This document shows, piece by piece, positions 21,927-32,754 of a stretch of 36,310 nucleotides of DNA. The notes beneath the pieces are model-generated. The model made no database searches, was not told where the DNA came from, and saw nothing but the letters and a program-made list of their open reading frames with translations. A program made the translations under genes and the position numbers. Each line of letters begins with the position of its first letter. Within the stretch, counting starts at the first letter, position 1. Source of the DNA: Folioceros fuciformis (lineage: Eukaryota); the NCBI GenBank assembly GCA_049999805.1, contig JBNGIO010006317.1, positions 1-36,310 on the forward strand, written 5' to 3'.

Positions 21927-24900
21927 TTACAAGGCCACTCCTCCTTTCCGCCAAGGAGGGTAGGCACTCTCTTGTTCACCTTTTAAATCCGGAATGCCGG
22001 GTCCATCTTCCTCCTCTACTCCGTAATCTGGACCAAAGTACGTATCGATAAGGGCTGTTGCAAAATCACTTAGCTCATCATTGACATGATTTTGCAGTGA
22101 TTCTATAGCGTCAATGCCATCTTCCTTTTCTACCAACCGAAGCCCTTGCCCATTTGGTAGGTGCTTCATCACCTAGAGCACACAAAAAATTGAACAAGTG
22201 ACTGCCTGTTAACGAAGTCAGAAGACAAAACTTAAAAGTATTCCGGAACTGCTGCAACCAAAAAAACTCACCAGTTCAAGAAACTGAAGACCCAGCCTTG
22301 CGGCTTCAATGTCAGGTGACCTCACAAGAGCAATGAAGCCTGGTAAGCAACCTTTATCCAATAGCACTGTCAAGTGATTCAAGATAGGCTGTGAATTCCC
22401 CCCTCCGCAGAGACACATATTACCAACAGCATAGGCTGCTTCCTTCCTCACACCAAACGCTGCTGTGGCAAGAAGATGCAGCAACGGAGGTACAGCCCCT
22501 CCCGTGAATACTGCCTCCTTCTGAGACATAGTGCCAGCTGTAAGGTTGGACACCACCCACGCTGCTTCCTGCAAAAATATTTGATCCCTTGAGAACGAAG
22601 TGGTCGGAGGCACTACCAAGGTGCCACGACATTCATCACCAACAATTTGACCAATGCAGAAACCATAGATGACATCTCTAAAGCTCAAAAAACAAAGACA
22701 AGTATAACAACTGCGGTCTGCTACGTGACTACCTTTTGCACACTCCGATGCTCACTCTCCAGAAAACGAGACACCGTTGCAACAAACCCACCTGTAGATT
22801 ACACATTGCAGGTTAGAAACGATGAAAAAGTTTCCTAACGAGGACTTATGGGAGAACATAACATGGAGATAACTTTTGGAGCAGTCTGATGCAACTTGTG
22901 GGTGATCTGCTGCTCCTGACCACCCATTCATGCAGAGATGTGGCATACCCATTCAGGTGAGGATACAAACGCCATACAGGAATACAGACGTACCCAGACG
23001 ATGAGAAAAAGTAATCAGTCTCTAATATTCTACTCCAGTAAAGGAATAACAAGTTACCAGTTAAGATTTGACCTGCAGCAAGAAGGTTGTCTGCTTTTGT
23101 ATTTTCCATGTCCCCTGCTAATACGTTGCCAATGGTACGTAAAATCTAAGGAAAGCCGGCAAGTCATGTTACACTTATGCCCACAGCGCAGGCACACAGT
23201 AACTACCACAAACTGGGCGGAGCATGACGTCTGGAAGTTAAGGAATGCTTACCGGAGACAACAAGCTGGCATTTTGTGAAATTGCAAGGCGAGCTACGAG
23301 GGGTGGAAACAACCCAGACCTCACCAAGACGTCCGAATTTTGTTCAGACATTGATGTAAGGTAGACCAGAACCCAAGCTGCCTCAGTGGCCAATTCATCA
23401 TCACTGCAAATCCAAGAGGTGGAACACATTAGAATCCTGGTAATGCACCAAAGCGCAAAAGCTAACTTCAGAGTTTAATCGGCATCGCCAGCAACAGACC
23501 CTGTTGCCATGTAAGTGATGAGCATATTTGCAGTATTCCTCAGCTTTATGAGCTCGATAGCTGCACTTGGGTCTGGACCCTTCAGAAGAACCACAAGAAA
23601 ACCAATCAGCATTCCTTCCATTGCACTGAAAACAACTAAAGAGCAGGCCCCCCAAAGTGACAGCAGATCCCTGCATAACAATATCTTATCCGAAACATAA
23701 CAAGAGCTGCACACCTTTATCAAATTCGACATAGCCCAACAGGCTATCTTTGCAAGGGAGGTCCTAGGCGAAGCCATGAGATGATAAATTGGAAGTAAAG
23801 CTCCTTGATGGATAAGGGACACCCTCACGGACGTAGAATCCCCAGCACAATTCCCAATGGCCCACGTGCACTGTTCTGCTACTGCTGGTGAAGTCCTGGG
23901 ATCTGCTTCAGAGTTTCAACATCGTCAAAATTCCCAAGTGACTGACATGGGGGCATGACTAGCATCACTGCCGCTGTATATTCAAAGAATAAATAATATA
24001 TCACGAACTCTGTGTTGCTAACAAGCTAAACTGACCATGTTTTGTCACAAACTCGTGCACAAGCAAGCAATATGAACTCACCACCTATGTGGGCAATTAG
24101 GAGTGGAATCGCAGGTACAACTGCCCGAGTATGCTCTGGCTCTCCCGATGCAATGTTCGTGAGTGACCATGCTGCCTCTATCAACTACAAGACATAACAT
24201 CCCAACATAGGCGCGGTAAAAAAAACAGGGTTGGCAACTTGCACTGTCAACAGTGGATGGGATCTAAGAAACAAACAAACTAGACAATAGTACCTGAACC
24301 TCTGAGGAGCCCAAACTAAGGCAGTCCTTGAGTAGCGGCACAGCTCCCGCTTTGACAGCAACATCTAGAGGTGGCATCGATCTACAAGACAGCAGCTTTC
24401 GCAAGTTCTTCAGCGCAACAAGCTTCTTGTTCGATCTCCTGCACATAATAAGACCTCAGAATTTTCCTCCGCCACAGAGGAGCAATGTAAGAACATCATG
24501 AACTGTGACCACCAAAAATCCAGGCCGAGAAAGCATACTGGTCGGAAATCGCTTGCTTGAGCTTCTCCACGGCTAAACGTGTCTTGTCTTCCAGACCATC
24601 TGGTTCCGCACTCTCTGTGTCCATGGAATCTCCATCGAGACAGGATTCAGCCGTGCGGAACCTTTTTTCCCTGACGAGTGCCTCCCGTCTCTCCTTGCCC
24701 ACTAACGAGGCCAGCTGCCGGCGACGCTGGCCAGCAGAGATCACAACTGCACCAACCCCAACACAAGGCACAACCATTACCACCACGCCTTTCCCCCCTC
24801 AAAGCTAGAGCCAACGGAGCTACCGCACGAGCTCCTCCACCCTCACAGACGCTAAAAAAGCGTCAATTCCGTGTCTCACCTGACGTCTTGTTCGTGAGAT

Positions 24901-24961
24901 GCCGCGCCCGCTCTCCGTTGACGACAAACGCTCCCTGACCCCGCCCTTCCGAAAACTCCAT
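21927..24961 (-). CDS. IMPA9: Importin subunit alpha, IMPA-9 type (ARM repeats), 11 exons
   Basis: Exons 24961-24880, 24746-24539, 24438-24294, 24184-24082, 23902-23715, 23579-23500, 23403-23253, 23145-23058, 22791-22733, 22568-22272, 22172-21927. IBB-like AGQRRRQ..VGKERREALVREKR. ARM motifs EAAWSLTNIASG, AEQCTWAIGNCAGD, ACWAMSNLIKGP, EAAWVVSNLTAG, KEAAYAVGN. C-terminal IDTYFGPDYG. The start codon is the best guess. Confidence 0.9.
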
Positions 24962-25358
24962 GCTTCCACACCCTCAACACCTTCATTCACTTCACGGCAT
25001 ACTGTCACAAACTAGGGTTCCAGGCGCCCCGTCCTCCAGAACCATCAGCGAGAGCCAAACTCCTCTTCTACCTTCCTCCGTCCCTCCCTCCAGAGCCTCC
25101 CTCCACGTCCCGCACACCACCGCTGAGCAGTGCCGCTTCACAACCACTCCCGACCAAGCCCCGTCTCCACACCTCCCCTCCAAAGCGATCCGCCCAGGCC
25201 AACTCCCCTACTCCCCAATTCTCCGCCTCCACCGACCCCACGGCTTCTGCAATGAAAATTCAGCAACGAAACCGGGCAAACTCCCCACGGCGCGTCATAA
25301 TTCCAAACGGCACTCCCGCCACCACCAAACCTTCAAACCAACTAGTCCTTCTCCGCAC

Positions 25359-25458
25359 NNNNNNNNNNNNNNNNNNNNNNNNNNNNNNNNNNNNNNNNNN
25401 NNNNNNNNNNNNNNNNNNNNNNNNNNNNNNNNNNNNNNNNNNNNNNNNNNNNNNNNNN
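25359..25458. other. Assembly gap (100 N placeholder)
   Basis: Run of exactly 100 N. Confidence 0.99.
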
Positions 25459-26369
25459 GTCCCAAATCCTGGGACCTATGGTCTCCCCCCCCCCCGACCT
25501 GCAGGCCCCAGAGCAGACCTATCGCCTTCCCACCACGCTGCCGCACGCCCCGCTGCACCTTCCGGAGCTCAAGATCCACACCCGCTCTCGGCAGCAGAGA
25601 ATAAAAGGCAGCCAGGAGCAAGTGGAACAACAGGAGCTCACACGCTCCAGATACGATACGGGGAGGTCAAGGTCGTAGGCACAGCATAGACCTGCAAATC
25701 TAAGCAACTTTCAGGAATGTGGGATGTGCAGGTTGTAACTGAGACAGGCAGCCAGGACCTGGGATCTGGCAATACGGAGAAAGAAGGGAGCGAGGAGGCC
25801 GGAGAGGCAGCCAGCCAGGCGGGTGAAATCCACATGTCATTTCCGGTCACCTTAACCCACTAGGCTCGCCTCGGACGGCCGACTGTACCTCTAGGTACGG
25901 CTCACGTCAACTAATTTGCTCCTAATCTTAGCTAGGGGCGGTACTATTGGGTGGAACATCGCTCCAGTCCATCGGGCAAAATTCCATTCATACAAGTGGA
26001 CTACGAAGAAATGATTTTTTAATCTCCTCATTGAGAGCATTAATTTTGTCTAGTTGTATAACATTTCTGTGCACTTTTCTTGTTGAAACGGAAAGGGATT
26101 CGGAGGACGACTGGAAACCGTGTTGGAGTTGTTCGTCAGACAGAATGTCTACCTAGGTCCCTACATGCATAGCATTAAAATTGACTCTACAATGTTGATT
26201 CATGGAATTTGAGAAAAGGTCAGACGAGACGACAAAGCTCGTTTCGGTCCCACCGACTCCAGGGGAAGAGGGCGGCGTCCAGACGCCAGGCTTCCAGGAG
26301 CCTGGTTTGGCTCGTGGTCACGATCGGGCTGTGTCCCAAAGTTGTTCACGCTGGCCTTCCAGCGACGTG

Positions 26370-26585
26370 AGGAAGGTGAGGGAGGCGGAATCACAACTTC
26401 GGGCTCGTCTTACAGAACTGGAAGTCTTGCTACTGGTGGCACTTGGTGGCAACTGAGCGGTGGGGATGTGTGCAAATGTGGGGGACTAGTGGATGCACGC
26501 AGGGCTTGCGAGAGCCTGCCAAGTGGTAGCAAAGGGTATGGTCACATGGACTGCCCTGATAGCTGAGTTAGCAAATTACGGGGCT
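26370..26585 (+). pseudogene. Frameshifted PLS-class pentatricopeptide repeat (PPR) gene remnant
   Basis: Three frames join to give ...LGGN*AVGM / CKCGGLVDARRACESLP / MVTWTALIAELANYG. This matches the PLS-PPR consensus GNALVDMYAKCGSLxDARxVFDxMPxRDVVTWTALIxGYAxHG, with one stop and two frameshifts. Confidence 0.7.
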
Positions 26586-27883
26586 GAGTTTGGGGACATG
26601 ATTGATGCGCTGTGTGGAGCCTTTCATGATCAGACTGTGTTAGGTCTGTATGTTCTTGGGAGGCACCGATTGCTCGCCCTCACCGCCAAATGACATGAGC
26701 GCAGCGGCAAGAACGGACTTCGCTGCTCCTACCACGTCCGGGTGGTATGGACTTGTGAGATTGTTTCATGGCTCGCGAGTCTTGTCTGCAGATGACTTCA
26801 AGTCCGTCACGGGACACCATAATCGGAACCACACAGTAGAGGTCATGTCATTGTTGTTGTACCGACAAGCAGTTACTTGTCACTCGAGACGATCACCGTC
26901 TGCTTCCTGCTCCTGCAGATCATCGGGTACGGGCATCGCTTCTGAAATGAAATGGATCTTACCCTCGAATGTGTTTAACTGCGGTGTCCTGTAGGGACCG
27001 GCTTTCCTCGGTTAGAACTGGGTGAGATCGAGTTCCAGTCCGTAGTCGGTAACTCTTGCCAGTTGTTTTCCTTCCTGCCCTGTCTCGTCTCGTCCTCATC
27101 TGCAGCAAGGTAGACCGGGAAACAGGGTCCAAGTCAGTTCCTCCTTACCGTCTTCCAGGGACAGGGTCTTTCTTCGTCCTCGGGGGCCTGGGGGTCTGTA
27201 TTTTGTTCATCTCTCCTTTCCCGCCAGTCGTTCTTGGGACTCTATCGGTGAGGCGTAGACCCCAGGCTCGGTTGACAGGGCATACACCCACGAAGAATCC
27301 CTGGTTGCCTTCATTGAATTGTCTTCTTGTTGCCGTCGAATCACGACGAGTCGATAACCTACGTTGTCGCGCATCTTTGCGTTCCTTCTCTGTAAGTTCC
27401 ATCTTCTCTACCTTATTCTGTCTGGAATGTGATGTCCGTGGAATTGTTTGCCTTCCGCACATCATCCGTGAATGCAAGCCATGTGACTGGGGGGGGCTGT
27501 TGTGCTTACGCTCTCGGGATTGGTACCTACTAAGGTGGAGGCGTGGAACTGTTCATGGAGGTTTTCCTCTGAAAGGTTGCGTCGAAGAATGTGTATGATA
27601 GTTAACCGCCTTTGGAAACCTAATTAAATTCGCAGGTTTTCTGCAGTTTTCGGACGGTGTCCTGTAGCGTCCTTGCGTGGCATCACATTACTCATGTGGG
27701 TATATTCCGTGGTCACAGAGTCGATTTCTTCAACGCCAATGAAAGTTGTGCTGACCAGATCGGTTTTTCAGTAGGATACAGGAGCGTGATTGCCTCACAT
27801 GGGAGAGAGAATGTAGAATTAGTATACAAATTTTTCAGAGCATCAAAGCAGCACGTGTTTGCGGAGAAGGTAGCTAGCTATGG

Positions 27884-27929
27884 CTGACATTGCCAGATCT
27901 GGAACTGACGTTGCCAGATCTGGAACTGA
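27884..27929. repeat. 21-bp tandem duplication, each copy containing palindrome CCAGATCTGG
   Basis: ctgacattgccagatctggaa / ctgacgttgccagatctggaa. Confidence 0.85.
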
Positions 27930-28069
27930 AGTATTTAAGGTGAGCGGAACCACTGGGCTGATGGGTGATTGTTTTGAGGTTCGGTGTGCAAACATTGTGT
28001 GCGCATCCACCAACTACGCTAGGTTTGTATGGCATCATCTGTAGGCACACAAAGTTTGAGGTATGCAGT

Positions 28070-30833
28070 ATGGGTTGCAAAGTATCAAAGACCATAGTCT
28101 TGGAGCCTCACCCTGTGAAAAAATCAGGCAGGCCGGCAACGACTTCTTGCAGTCCGGAGTCAGCTTCAATATCAAGCACAGCGCCAACTGCAGCCGCTGC
28201 AACTGACTCATCATGCAGCAACAGTCGAACTGCCTCGCCTCCTGATGGTCCGGAGTTATCCTCACACTCCAATCTCGTCATCTCACACAAGATCCCCGAT
28301 GGAAAGAGCACACCGGGCGAGGAAATTAATGACATTGCATGTGACAACAGTAAAGCACAGTGTCACCCAAGTCCAGCGCAGGTGATAAGCAGTGGGTGGT
28401 CAGGAAATGCAGTATCTTCGGTTGCTGGGGATCTCGAGCGGAATCAGGACTGTCACAGTGAGCTTGGATTTGCTGGTCAGGAGGTGGTGAACAGACTGAC
28501 AGCCTCTCCCGGAACTCCAGGATTCTTTAATAATAACGGGAAGTGCGGGAGCAGCGGTGGAGAAAGTGCAGGTCATGTTCACCAGGTAAATAGCTTTACA
28601 ATTCCTCACATCGTAGAGCAATTTGGTGGCACTGGATACTTGCTCACGGCGCGGATCATTTTTGGGTACTGGGCAATTCCTCTGCGTACTGATAATGTGA
28701 CCATTCCTTTCTGCAGACGAGTCAGAGCAAGTGTGCTACTGCTCCAAACTCTCCGTTAACTGGATGCAGGCTCACCCCTCCTGGGTCACTCGGCTCCCAT
28801 GTCACAGATGGATGTGCGCCGTCCAATTCAGCACCCCAGTCAGCAGCTGCTACACCACCTACAGGAGTTGGCAAGCCACCTCTCATCAGAATTGGCGGCG
28901 GTGTCCAGCCCAAGGCCATCAGAATCACCTCTGTCACTGTGGTTCAGCAACCTGAGGGTCTGAGTCACCTGACCGGTGGTTCTCACTTCCCGAATGGATT
29001 CACTTCACAGCCTGAAGACAGTGTGGACGAGGACGCAGTGCTTCGAACCACAGAACCCGTATTCGCCCACTCCATTCGCCCCAGGGTCCCTGATCACACT
29101 GAGATTGCCGATCAGCAGCATACCGTCTCTAGTTGTAACGGAGGTCACGTGAGGGTCACTAATTCCCACTACACAACCATAGATTACGTGCATAGTTTTG
29201 TTCCCAACTATCTCACGGAACCAGAAAGCACAGATATCATCAGACCAGTGAACACCCAAACCAAATCATCCGGTGGCCAACAGAAGACAGGCATCGGGAG
29301 GTCCAAAATCTCGCCCAGGATCGTGAACGTCACCAACAGCACCACCGAGTATGTGATGAACGCGGACGGGAGGAAGATCACTGCTGTGCATCGTTCGGCT
29401 GCTTCTGCACCGTCCACTCCAGAGGTTGCTACTCGATCCCTCGCTATTTTCCTTTCAAGAATGTCGACTGTCTCTGATGCATGAAGCATGCCGTACTATT
29501 CAGGAGATAACAAAGAAAAGTCCTGGTGCAAATGCGAACACAAGTGCCGATGCAAATGCAAATACCACTGCGGGGTTCAGTTTCTCGATCGAGAGCCCAA
29601 CACTGCTGTCATTGGATTCCCGTCGGAAACTGCCTCCCCTTCAGGCCTCCCCCTCTCACCCATCCAGTGAATGTAAGCTCCTGCTTCATTTGCTGGGCAG
29701 CATGTGTGATCAACATAGGAACTCTATGTCTTCTTAGCTACCTAATTGCTTTTCTCTCGCGCAGTGAAACTTTCAAACAAAAGTGCGGACCCTTTTGTCA
29801 AGCCATCACTGCTCTATCATACATCACCCAGTGGAGGTATCGGCAGTAAAGTGATGAACAACAGAAGTGCGTCTCCCTCGCCCTCCTTGTTTCGAGACGT
29901 GGAAGTGGAATCCGTGGAATCTTCCCCGAGCTCGGCCAGCTCCAGGCCAATGGACTGCAGAGCATCTATGGACTCTTCATCAAGTTCAAGCGAGAGCTCC
30001 TCCAACACCGTGATCGGGTCACGCTTCAAGCAAACTCTGGACAAGGCAGATGTGATGGCTTCTGGATGGACCAACTCTTCTTCCATTGAAGACTTCTTCA
30101 ATTCGAGTAAGACTCCCAACATCGACTGCGAGGTGTTGGACAAGAGAGAGCATAATTCAGGTGGAAATGCGTTGCAAAACTCATTGGATTTTCAGGGTGA
30201 TGCCTTATCATTTGACAACTCCAGCAAAGTGAGGTATGCGTTTTGGGCCGCATAGAATTAGCAGGTACAGGCTGTATTTGTCTTCTGAATTAAGAAGCAT
30301 CCAGTCTCACTGATCCAGGTTGGCACTTTTGGTGCTTTTGGCAGGCCCGGCCGGAACGTTAAACAGTGTGGACAAGTAGGTTTCCAGTACAGTGCGGAGT
30401 ACTACCGTGCGTGACATCAATTCATGCAGGATAAGGCCACCTAGTACAATATATTCTTCACCTGCACGTTCCCATCTTGTGGCCCGTCCGAAGGGAACCA
30501 CAAAGGAGAGCCTGTGGTGGACCCCTAGTCTGCGTGGATTCTGTCCATCCAGACAACCGATGCCGTTGTCTAACATTTTGATACCAGTCTGAGCGTACAG
30601 TGTTCCAGAAAAGAATTTCACAACATCCTTCATCTCTTTATCCGAGTTGCGTCTACAGTCCACTGGCTGTCATTCTAGTAAGTGCTATTTTCGTCCTCAA
30701 ACAGTCAGACGTGGTCTGTTTCTGCACCTTCACGTCGCTACCGAAAGTTTCCGATTGGGAAACCCATATACACAATGCCAATGTTCGCCTTCCAACTCTG
30801 CAGGATGATGTAGAGGTCCAGCCCGTCCGCTGA
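28070..30833 (+). CDS. Uncharacterised Ser/Pro/Thr-rich, probably disordered protein with MGC N-terminus; multi-exon, 3' end uncertain
   Basis: Exons 28070-28585, 28717-29424, 29504-29672 and 29765-~30233 splice in frame via GT-AG. Terminal exons between ~30319 and 30833 are ambiguous. N-terminus MGCKVSK. No known domain recognised. Confidence 0.6.
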
Positions 30834-31097
30834 ACTAAACAGTAGCTGGGTAGTATAGTCCAGCAAGTCTGACAGCAATGCTCAGAACAGACGCTCATTG
30901 ATACCCTTACTCATTCCACATTCAGTCTACGGAAAGAAAGCATCACCACCACCAAGAGCTTAAACAACACTATCTACAGCTTGTCGACGTGAGCAACCCC
31001 ACTTCCTTCCCCACTTTAAGATACATCGTAAAGGAATAAATAGAACGAGTCAGAATTATTTGACAGCGACGCTGCACCTGCTCAAGCAAGGCTTCGG

Positions 31098-32045
31098 CTA
31101 GATCTCACCGTAAGCCCGCTTCGAAATATCGGCGTACTGCCCTCCCATGAGCTCCAAGACCTGCCTCCAGAGGGGCCTCTCAAGCTTGATGCACTGGTCC
31201 GTCACAATGTCTTTGGAACTGGATGCCAAGTACCAAACCCCATGCGCCACTTCCCTCTCCAGCTGCCCTGGCCGCCAGCCGCAGTATCCTAGAAACCAGC
31301 GGTAATCACTGGCCTTGCTTTCTCCTTTACTCACGCTATCCTTGATCCGACCGAAGCCCCCGAGGTAGACTCCCGGGATTATCTCCTTGGAATCCTCCAT
31401 CCCCGAAATTCCATGAATAACCTGAGTCAAATCATTACCGACATCCCCTCCCATGTACAACGGCGACTGGTAGAACTCCGGCATGTACTTCTCAAACCCC
31501 GCTAGCTGCCCTAGCTTGTACTCCGTCGGCCGGTTCAAGATGAACCCCGCACTCCCCTGCTTGTCATGCGCGAAGAGGAAGATCACGGCCTGGTTGAAAT
31601 AGGGCTGCCGGATGCCGAAGGCAGTCGGATGCGCGATGAGCAGGCACCCCTTCTCCGGCTCCACCAGCGGGTGCGCCCAGCGCGGCTGCAGCTGCAGCTC
31701 ACTCCCCTGCACCAGCCGCGCCCGGAACGCCCGCCAGTCGATTCCCTGCACCCTAGCCAACAGATCATCGTCCTCATCCCCCTCCGCCGGACCCTCCTTC
31801 CCGCCCTTGCTCCCGCTCGGCCCGGGCTCGCTCTGCTCCGCCGAGCAAGAACACGAGAGCGTCCTCCTCCGCTCAGTCCAGACCGTGCAGCTGGACGACG
31901 AGGCTGCCAATTTCACCGTGCATCCCGCCCTAGGCGGGAAAAAGGCAGAACTCCCGCTCGTCCGTTGCAGGCTCCCGGAAGGCGTTGCCAAGGAAGCCGC
32001 TGCTGCGCCACCCGCCGGGATTCCTACCCCCACACGAGTCGCCAT
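31098..32045 (-). CDS. DUF179 / UPF0301 (AlgH/YqgE-like) protein with probable plastid transit peptide, single exon
   Basis: ORF from ATG 32045. Ser/Ala-rich N-terminus, then DWRAFRARLV, WAHPLVEPEKGCLLIA, YFNQAVIFL, GFILNRP, LYMGGDVG, RWFLGYCGWRPGQLEREV..GVW and LWRQVLELMGGQY. Confidence 0.9.
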   Translation of the reverse strand: MATRVGVGIPAGGAAAASLATPSGSLQRTSGSSAFFPPRAGCTVKLAASSSSCTVWTERRRTLSCSCSAEQSEPGPSGSKGGKEGPAEGDEDDDLLARVQGIDWRAFRARLVQGSELQLQPRWAHPLVEPEKGCLLIAHPTAFGIRQPYFNQAVIFLFAHDKQGSAGFILNRPTEYKLGQLAGFEKYMPEFYQSPLYMGGDVGNDLTQVIHGISGMEDSKEIIPGVYLGGFGRIKDSVSKGESKASDYRWFLGYCGWRPGQLEREVAHGVWYLASSSKDIVTDQCIKLERPLWRQVLELMGGQYADISKRAYGEI

Positions 32046-32754
32046 CGCCCGGTCCCAGCTCAGCAAGCAGTCCGCTCGCGCCTCCTGTCAATCACAGGCA
32101 CGCCATCGTCCTCTCCCAAAAGCTCAAAACGCCTCCGCCGTAACCGCAAATTTTCGGGGCTTTGGGACCGCCATGCTTGCGAGACAAAGCAGCACGGGAG
32201 CTCGACAACCTCTCAAACCCAAGGACCTGCGTCACCAGCATAAAATATCTTATACGAAGAAAGAATCTCCGTTCCACTCGCCATTTCTTTCAGATGAACG
32301 GTGCATCCCTTTTACCGCATTTTATTAGTTATCTACCCACTCAACTCAAGAGGAGCTCTGAGCTGATCCCACGCACACCTATGGGATGCAGGCACCATTG
32401 TGTGACAACGAAAAGGCCGGATGTGAAATGGAGACACGAGCCCCGGAAAAACTCCGCAGGCGAGCGAGTGTAAAAATAGCAGGTCAGCCAGAAATGCACC
32501 TGTCTCAGACGTAGCCTGTGTGGCAAAAGCTCGTGAGGTCGAGGACCGTGTTTTCAAGCAACCTCCTCCTTCTCTCAGCTTCTCTGCTGCAGCCTGGGTT
32601 GCTGGATTCCCCTCAGCGGGCAATTCGGGGGAAGGAAGTTTGTCGGGTGCTGCAGCCTCAAGGAATGGATTGCGGTGCTGTGCATTTGTGATTGTGTGAG
32701 AATTCCTGTCCTGGTGGTGGCGTGGGAGGCTGTGGCCCGGGCCCTTGCGGGACG

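Noticed and set aside
24960..25850. Pro-rich ORFs spanning the third N gap
   Set aside because: They depend on the arbitrary gap length and low-complexity sequence. The region is more likely the IMPA9 leader or promoter.
27056..27598. 180-aa ORF and antisense 110-aa ORF
   Set aside because: Non-ATG start for the longer ORF and no motifs in either; probably the 5' leader or intron of the gene starting at 28070.
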